From Minisyncoccia bacterium (GTDB lineage Bacteria > Patescibacteriota > Minisyncoccia > Phycocordibacterales > DATDWN01), in assembly GCA_049297675.1 (NCBI GenBank), contig JBAQUS010000011.1:101184-165183 (forward strand): a stretch of DNA of 64,000 bases, in the 5' to 3' direction. The position numbers and the translations under genes are program-made. The notes under the pieces are model-generated. The model searched no databases and had not been told where the DNA came from. It worked only from the letters and a program-made list of their open reading frames with translations. Shown one piece after another: positions 57,963 to 64,000 of this stretch. Each line of letters starts with the position of its first letter. Position 1 is the stretch's first letter.

Positions 57963-58251
57963 ACCCCCGAACTAATTAGGACTTTGAATTATGTTCTATG
58001 TGTATATATTAAAAAGTGAAAAGGACAACAATCTTTACACTGGGTATACAAATGATCTTAAAAGGAGACTCATAGAACATAATTCAGGTAAAAGTAAGTC
58101 AACTAAATCGAGAAAACCATTTGAGTTGATATATTACGAAGCAAGGATGACGCTACGCATAGGGAACAAATGTTAAAGGAATACGGTAGATCTCTAGGTG
58201 GCTTAAAAAGACGAATAAGCATGAGTCTTAAGTCCTAATTAGTTCGGGGGT
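57963..58251. mobile_element. 289-bp cassette bounded by perfect 22-bp terminal inverted repeats (ACCCCCGAACTAATTAGGACTT) that encloses only a GIY-YIG nuclease ORF
   Basis: left arm about 57963-57984, right arm about 58230-58251 (exact reverse complement). Confidence 0.5.
57991..58176 (+). CDS. GIY-YIG nuclease (UPF0213-like), interrupted by an apparent +1 frameshift near 58140-58150; the downstream frame continues ...DDATHREQMLKEYGRSLGGLKRRISMSLKS to 58238
   Basis: YVYILKSEKDNNLYTGYTNDLKRRLIEHNSGKS is the GIY-YIG motif; the C-terminal homology resumes in the +2 frame. Confidence 0.55.
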   Translation: MFYVYILKSEKDNNLYTGYTNDLKRRLIEHNSGKSKSTKSRKPFELIYYEARMTLRIGNKC

Positions 58252-58262
58252 AAAAAATAAAA

Positions 58263-59429
58263 ATGAATAGAAAGATACTAATGAGTTTGGGTGCCATAGT
58301 TTTTGTTGTGGCACTTTCAATCACAGCAACAGGTGCATTCTTCTCTGATAGTGAAACATCTACAGGGAACACTTTAACAGCAGGTTCAATCGACTTAAAG
58401 ATTGACAACACAAGTTATGTTACAAGTACTTCTACAGGACAGCTTATAGCAAGCCCTTGGACTACTTGGACAATAAGGGATTTGACAGTCGAGAAGTTTT
58501 TTGACTTTATCGATCTAAAACCAGGAGATATGGGAGAGGATACTATTTCTCTTCACGTTGACAACAACGATTCATATCTCTGTGCCGATATTACTCTGAC
58601 TTCAAACAATGAAAACACATTAGTTGAGCCAGAAATGGAGGATGGCGACGTTTCATCAACAACTGGCGAACTTGCTCAGCAAGTAAACTTCCTATGGTGG
58701 CCAGACGATGGAGATAACGTTCTAGAAGTTGGAGAGACAGTTCTTCCTGGAGGACCTCTAGGAGCTGCTGGAGTTGGAGCAACTACAACAGTCACTCTAG
58801 CTGACTCAGTCTTTAACATTTGGACAGGAGTAGGAGGTCCAGTTCCAGGTGCTTCGACAAGATACATCGGAAAAGCATGGTGCTTTGGAGCAATCACACC
58901 TGCACCACTTGCTCAGGATAACGCCACAACTAGCGGTCCTCTAGTAAGAGGCCCTGGTCTAACTTGTGACGGATCCCAAGCAGACAATACTGCCCAAACA
59001 GATAGTTTAACAGCAGACATAGCTTTCAGAGCTGTTCAGTCAAGAAATAACGGTGATTTCCAGTGTGTGGTTAGACAAACACCACCACCTCCACCACCAG
59101 CACCAGCAACAGTTACAATTGACAAGGAAGTTTCATTTACAAATATAGCTGTTGTGGGGGTTGATGTAAGCGACTTTGAACTTCACTTATTTGGTCCAGG
59201 TGGCGATCATATCTTAACTGATAATGTTCCATTCCCAGGACTTACTCCAGGAGTTTACACAGTATCTGAGATTTATTCAGGTGTTCCAGCTAATGCAACA
59301 TCTACAGCTGTATTCGGTGGAAGTTGCGTAGAAATAGGAACTACTGATACAGCAACGATGAACGTGGTCTCTGGTGTTAACCCAACGTGTACGATCACAA
59401 ACTCTGTTTCAACAACAACACCAAATTAG
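58263..59429 (+). CDS. TasA/camelysin (peptidase M73)-like secreted protein with a SipW-cognate-type signal peptide, paralogue 1
   Basis: signal peptide then GAFFSDSETSTGNTLTAGSIDLKIDN, DLKPGDMGEDTISLHVDNNDSYLCADITLT, YIGKAWCFG, ADIAFRAVQSRN; compare TasA NLKPGDKLTKDFQF and QFSFEATQWNG. Confidence 0.6.
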   Translation: MNRKILMSLGAIVFVVALSITATGAFFSDSETSTGNTLTAGSIDLKIDNTSYVTSTSTGQLIASPWTTWTIRDLTVEKFFDFIDLKPGDMGEDTISLHVDNNDSYLCADITLTSNNENTLVEPEMEDGDVSSTTGELAQQVNFLWWPDDGDNVLEVGETVLPGGPLGAAGVGATTTVTLADSVFNIWTGVGGPVPGASTRYIGKAWCFGAITPAPLAQDNATTSGPLVRGPGLTCDGSQADNTAQTDSLTADIAFRAVQSRNNGDFQCVVRQTPPPPPPAPATVTIDKEVSFTNIAVVGVDVSDFELHLFGPGGDHILTDNVPFPGLTPGVYTVSEIYSGVPANATSTAVFGGSCVEIGTTDTATMNVVSGVNPTCTITNSVSTTTPN

Positions 59430-59598
59430 TAGATAATTAATAAGGATACTTTAACTCATTAGTATCTTTGTAGGTGGCAGTTCATAACAAAAAAGTAGTT
59501 GTGGACTGCAACCGAACAGAGATACGAGATGAAATACAAGGGAGTTAAAAGTGTGAAAGTAGAAATTGTGAAAGTAAGAAATTAAAGATTAAAGATTA

Positions 59599-60897
59599 AT
59601 GAAAAAAATTTTCCTATCGATCTCAAGTATCATATTCGCTGGAGCAATCCTTGCCGGAGGGACGGGGGCTTTTTTCAACAGCCAAAACACTTCAACTGGC
59701 AATACTTTTGCTACAGGCATTATTGATTTGAAGATTGATAATGAAAGTTATGTTACGGACGAAAACGGAAAACTGGTTTTCAGTCCTAGCACATCTTGGG
59801 CACTATCGACTTTGATAGGGAAACTTTTCTTTAATTTTCCAGACATAAAACCGGGAGACATTGGAGAAGACACCATATCGCTTCATGTAAGCAACAACAA
59901 CGCTTGGGCATGTATGAATATAACTCTGACAGGTACGCCAGAGAATGGTCAGAGCGAACCAGAAGCTCTAGTGGACACAACTACTGGAGTGAATGACGGT
60001 GAGCTTCAATACGAGCTCTATTTTGCATTCTGGGCAGATGATGGAGACAATGTCTACGAGTCCAACGAAAAAATCTTTAAGCAAGGACTTGCTAAAGATA
60101 TTTTCAATGGTGAGAGCTGGCCACTTTCTGATTCCAAATCAAACATTTGGAGTCCTCCACCTTGGCCAATCCAAGCTGGAGCCACAAAGTATATTGCAAA
60201 GGCCTGGTGTTTCGGTGTTATGGGTAAGACTCCTGTAACACAGGATGGTCTTGGTAAAACTGGCTCAAACGGACCACTAGCGAGGGGTACTGGTTTTACT
60301 TGCGATGGAGAGCCACTAGGAAATATTTTGCAGTCAGATGGTATTACTGCGGATGTTTCTTTCACGGCAGTTCAGTCACGTAATTATCCAGAGTTTGTTT
60401 GCGGACAAGGAGAGCCAGCACCAATACCACAAACTTCGACACTTTTCTTCGACAACTTCGAAAGCTATGAGGTTAACACCAATGTTGATCCATTAAATCT
60501 AAAGTGGGTACAAGTTGGTGGTGTGCAAGCAATATGGGGTCTGGATGGGAAAGTAGCTGATTTAGATACTGGTGATGGATCTGAAACCATAACTTCGAAA
60601 AGTTTGGATCTTTCGATTTATCACGACATCACTCTAAAATACAGCAGAAAAAGTGACGATACGGCTGGCACTGTAGATCCACAAACACTAAAGGTGGAGT
60701 ATAGCGTAGACGGCGGTGGAAATTGGACTACGCTTGAAACCATAAACGGGGAGACAGTGTGGACAACAAAGACGTTCAGTCTTTCTCCATCCGCAAATAA
60801 CAAGTCGGATGTCAAAATACGATTTGTTTTGACTGGTACAAATAGCACAAATCATGTTTACATAGACAACGTTTCTCTGACAGGAGTGACACCATAA
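59599..60897 (+). CDS. TasA/camelysin-like secreted protein, paralogue 2, with an additional C-terminal beta-rich domain
   Basis: shares the N-terminal module (GTGAFFNSQNTSTGNTFATGIIDLKIDNESY ... ISLHVSNNNAWACMNITLT ... ADVSFTAVQSRN); the C-terminal domain ending YIDNVSLTGVTP is shared with paralogue 3. Confidence 0.6.
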   Translation: MKKIFLSISSIIFAGAILAGGTGAFFNSQNTSTGNTFATGIIDLKIDNESYVTDENGKLVFSPSTSWALSTLIGKLFFNFPDIKPGDIGEDTISLHVSNNNAWACMNITLTGTPENGQSEPEALVDTTTGVNDGELQYELYFAFWADDGDNVYESNEKIFKQGLAKDIFNGESWPLSDSKSNIWSPPPWPIQAGATKYIAKAWCFGVMGKTPVTQDGLGKTGSNGPLARGTGFTCDGEPLGNILQSDGITADVSFTAVQSRNYPEFVCGQGEPAPIPQTSTLFFDNFESYEVNTNVDPLNLKWVQVGGVQAIWGLDGKVADLDTGDGSETITSKSLDLSIYHDITLKYSRKSDDTAGTVDPQTLKVEYSVDGGGNWTTLETINGETVWTTKTFSLSPSANNKSDVKIRFVLTGTNSTNHVYIDNVSLTGVTP

Positions 60898-60975
60898 AAA
60901 ATAAAGAAAGACCGTATACAAAATTAACAGAATTATTGTGACAGTAACGAAGGATCGTGATCTGTCTCTAACGGG

Positions 60976-63741
60976 ATGAAAAAAATACTACTTAGCACTG
61001 CGATTGTAATGTTTGTGGGTGGGGCGCTCGCCATGGGAGGGACAGGGGCTTTTTTCTCTGACAGAGAATTGTCAGGGGGGAATATTTTCACTGCCGGAGC
61101 CATTGACCTCAAGATAGACAACGAGAGTTATTACAACGGCAAAGTTTCCACCACAACCAGCTGGACACTCTCAGATCTGACGATTGAAAAGTTTTTTAAT
61201 TTTCTAGATCTTAAACCAGATGATTATGGAGAAGACACAGTCAGTATTCATGTTGATACGAACGACGCCTACCTTTGTGCCAATATCACTCTGACATCGG
61301 ATGATGATAACGGAATAAACGAACCGGAATCAGCTTCAGATCAAACAGATGGACCTGGAGCGGGTGAACTTGGAGACAATGTCAACTTTATGTGGTGGGC
61401 AGACGATGGTGATAATGTTCTAGAAGACGGTGAGAATGTCATCTCACAAGGTCCTATAGGAGATTTGACTCTAAACGTTCCTTACTATTTCACTTTGGCT
61501 GACTCTGACCAGAACATTTGGACTGGCTCGGGTGGTCCTGTACCAGGCGAGAAGACTTTGTATATTGGAAAGGCATGGTGTTTCGGTAGTATTTCACCAA
61601 GCCCTCTTTCACAAAGTTCAACTGGTTCTAGGTCTACTACTACGCCAGCAGGTGATGGAAACAACAATCTAGTTTTAGGTGAACCTGAGGATGGTGGTTA
61701 CTTGTGTGACGGAACAGGCTTAAATAACTCGACTCAAACAGACAGTTTAACGGCCGATGTGTCCTTTAGTGCTATTCAATCAAGAAATAACAGGGATTTC
61801 CAGTGTCAGGGCCCAAGTGAACCAGAGGTAACATCTCTAACACTCATAAAACAGGTTATAGGTATTCCAGATGTGGGACCAAACGAATCAGCATCTAGCT
61901 GGACACTTTCTGCAAGTGGCGGTCCAACACCATTCTCTGGTCCAGGTCCATCTGTTAACTCACCTGTAAATTTTCAACCAGGAGCATATACACTTTCTGA
62001 AAATGTAGTGCCCGGATATACTTCTGGTAATTGGAATTGCGATGCGGGAGTTCTAGTTGGTGATGAGTTAACTCTTGCAGAGGGTCAATCGGCAACTTGT
62101 ACAATTATAAATACAGAGGAGGCTATTGCGTGCAATGCCAGAATTGATCTTATGATAGTTATGGATAACTCATCTTCTATAAATGATACAGAGGAAGCTA
62201 TGATGAAATCTGGTGCGGTAGCTTTCGTCAATGCTCTGACAATAACTACTCCTGGTAATCATGGTGGTCTTACAAGTTTTGATGACGGAGCAGTTTTGAG
62301 TCAAGCATTAACCGATAACCAAGCTACTTTGCTAGCTGCAGTCAATGCACCGTTTGGTAGCGGACTGACAAATCTTGAGGCTGGAATACTGGGAGCTACA
62401 ACAGAGCTCGGTGGACCAAATGACAGGACACCAGACACAGACTCAGATTTTCCTGATGTTATGGTAGTCATAACTGACGGTAATCCTACAGCTTCAAATG
62501 GACCAGATACAGACGAGATAGATGCCTTTAATGCGGCAACGGCGGCAAAATCTGCAGGTATTGAGGTTTATGTAGTTGGTGTTGGAGCCGATGTCAATGC
62601 TGGTTATCTAGCTACCATTGCCAGTCCCGGTAAATATTATTCAGCCGAAAATTTTTCAGATCTTGAATCGGCACTTCTGACAATTGCTAATTGCGGACAA
62701 GTCCCAACTGGAACACTTACTGTAACTAAAGTTGTAGTTTCTGGGAATGATCCTACCCCAGCTTCCATAGGAGATTTTCCACTTTTTGTTGATGGTCTTT
62801 CAGTTGTATCAGGAGTTTCTACAACCACAATTGCAGGATCTCATGTCGTAAGTGAGACAAACAACGATCCAGACTACACTTCTGTTATAGGAGGACCTGA
62901 TTGTGATGCAAATGGTAATGTCACAGTCCCAATTGGTGGAGTAGCAAGTTGCACCATTACAAATACATGGAATGAACCGCATGGAACACTAACAGTAAAC
63001 AAAGTTAGAGTTGGTGGTTTTGGACTTCAAGCAACTTCAACATTTCAGTTTGTTGTAAATGGTGGAGCTCCAACAAATTTTGAATCAGACGGTTCAAATC
63101 AAATCTCTGTGCCAGTCGGTCCATACACTGTTGCAGAGGTTGCAACGACAAGTTACAGTATTCTTTATAGTGCTGGTTGTAGTGGAGTAATGAGTCCTGG
63201 TGGAAATGAGACTTGTACAATTACAAATACGGCAGAAATTGTTAATTTTGCCCTAGCAAATGGAAATTTCGGTACAGGAGCTACAACCACTGACATAAAT
63301 AGTTGGGATGAGGAAGGAACTGACAGCGACGCAACAACACAATCTATTCCAGCTGGAAGCGGTCAAAATATTGGAAGTCCTGATGGAGACAAATTTGCTA
63401 TAATCGGAAATGACGAATGGATTTGTAAAGCGGTTTCAACTTCCGGTTTCAGTTCACTCTCCGTTAGTTACTATTGGAAAGGAGATCCTGATGCAGAAGA
63501 CGGCGAAAGTGGTGTCTTGGAGCATAGATCAAATGGAACCTGTAACTCTGGTGGCGGATGGACAACGGTAGCCACACACGAGTTGGATGATGCTAACAAT
63601 AACCTCGACGAGGGATGGAGTTCTCTTCAAGGAGTAGGTTTGCCAAACGACATAACCCTATTTAGGTTTAGGAATGGGTCAAATAGCAGTGGAGAAGACT
63701 TTAGGGTTGATGGTGTCAGTCTGACCGGAATACCAAATTAA
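60976..63741 (+). CDS. TasA/camelysin-like secreted protein, paralogue 3 (921 aa), with an internal von Willebrand factor A domain and the shared C-terminal domain
   Basis: the N-terminal module as above; vWA MIDAS DLMIVMDNSSSIND ... MVVITDGNPT ... VYVVGVG; the C-terminus ends FRVDGVSLTGIPN. Confidence 0.6.
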   Translation: MKKILLSTAIVMFVGGALAMGGTGAFFSDRELSGGNIFTAGAIDLKIDNESYYNGKVSTTTSWTLSDLTIEKFFNFLDLKPDDYGEDTVSIHVDTNDAYLCANITLTSDDDNGINEPESASDQTDGPGAGELGDNVNFMWWADDGDNVLEDGENVISQGPIGDLTLNVPYYFTLADSDQNIWTGSGGPVPGEKTLYIGKAWCFGSISPSPLSQSSTGSRSTTTPAGDGNNNLVLGEPEDGGYLCDGTGLNNSTQTDSLTADVSFSAIQSRNNRDFQCQGPSEPEVTSLTLIKQVIGIPDVGPNESASSWTLSASGGPTPFSGPGPSVNSPVNFQPGAYTLSENVVPGYTSGNWNCDAGVLVGDELTLAEGQSATCTIINTEEAIACNARIDLMIVMDNSSSINDTEEAMMKSGAVAFVNALTITTPGNHGGLTSFDDGAVLSQALTDNQATLLAAVNAPFGSGLTNLEAGILGATTELGGPNDRTPDTDSDFPDVMVVITDGNPTASNGPDTDEIDAFNAATAAKSAGIEVYVVGVGADVNAGYLATIASPGKYYSAENFSDLESALLTIANCGQVPTGTLTVTKVVVSGNDPTPASIGDFPLFVDGLSVVSGVSTTTIAGSHVVSETNNDPDYTSVIGGPDCDANGNVTVPIGGVASCTITNTWNEPHGTLTVNKVRVGGFGLQATSTFQFVVNGGAPTNFESDGSNQISVPVGPYTVAEVATTSYSILYSAGCSGVMSPGGNETCTITNTAEIVNFALANGNFGTGATTTDINSWDEEGTDSDATTQSIPAGSGQNIGSPDGDKFAIIGNDEWICKAVSTSGFSSLSVSYYWKGDPDAEDGESGVLEHRSNGTCNSGGGWTTVATHELDDANNNLDEGWSSLQGVGLPNDITLFRFRNGSNSSGEDFRVDGVSLTGIPN

Positions 63742-63759
63742 TTTATTAGTTAGAAAAAC

Positions 63760-64000
63760 ATGAAAAAAATATTATTAAGTTCAGCTCTGATATTGTTTGT
63801 TAGCGGAGCCTTGGGCTTAGGAGGCACTGGAGCTTTTTTCTCTGACAAAGAGATTTCCAGATTGAACAGCTTCACTGCCGGAGCCATTGATCTAAAGATA
63901 GACAACGAGAGTTACTACAACGGTGTGGTTTCAACTACAACCAGCTGGACACTTGCAGATCTAACCATTCAAAAATTTTTTGATTTTCCTGATCTGAAGC
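63760..64000 (+). CDS. TasA/camelysin-like secreted protein, paralogue 4 (5' partial, runs off the window)
   Basis: MKKILLSSALILFVSGALGLGGTGAFFSDKEISRLNSFTAGAIDLKIDNESYYNG ... is the same N-terminal module. Confidence 0.55.
   Translation, partial: MKKILLSSALILFVSGALGLGGTGAFFSDKEISRLNSFTAGAIDLKIDNESYYNGVVSTTTSWTLADLTIQKFFDFPDLK

Overview
This is a low-GC (roughly 35%), gene-dense bacterial segment whose content points to a Candidate Phyla Radiation (Patescibacteria) genome. The evidence is a ribosomal superoperon with no rpmD (L30) between rpsE and rplO, a Zn-ribbon S14 (type Z), lysine-rich extensions on ribosomal proteins, a DGR, a split ComEC and SipW-type TasA-like proteins. The backbone is the conserved str / S10 / spc ribosomal-protein gene order (rpsL-rpsG ... 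fusA ... tuf ... rpsJ-rplCDWB ... rpsS-rplV-rpsC-rplP-rpmC-rpsQ-rplNXE-rpsZ-rpsH-rplFR-rpsE-rplO-secY-adk-map). It also contains rplT-rpmI-infC, smpB plus a tmRNA, ftsH, recG, a PilB-like ATPase, ndk, a beta-CASP RNase, a tRNA-Ile(UAU), rnhA, sodA, an M50 protease and a split ComEC. The backbone is heavily invaded by accessory material, in window order:
- an island of hypothetical genes, a solitary Cas2/VapD-like gene and three toxin-antitoxin pairs between rpsG and fusA;
- hypothetical genes between fusA and tuf;
- a HicBA pair before rpsJ;
- a RelB/RelE pair and a complete diversity-generating retroelement (GC-rich target gene with VR, TR, Avd-like gene, reverse transcriptase) between rplB and rpsS;
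- a GC-rich DksA/TraR-like gene between rplE and rpsZ;
- several further short GC-rich ORFs of unknown origin.
Nearly every ribosomal intergenic spacer is a copy of a roughly 105-nt element built from inverted triplets of the hexamer ACGAAT. Other recurring non-coding elements are:
- a 60-nt promoter/leader with a variable-length poly-G tract upstream of three unrelated genes;
- 'CCCGTTAGAG...CTCTAACGGG(ATG)' inverted repeats that engulf start codons;
- phased 'AACTTTATAACTTT' motifs next to start codons.
The window ends with a 289-bp cassette (a frameshifted GIY-YIG nuclease ORF bounded by perfect 22-bp inverted repeats) and a tandem array of four TasA/camelysin-like secreted paralogues, one carrying a vWA domain. 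All non-ORF coordinates were counted by hand and may be off by one or two bases.
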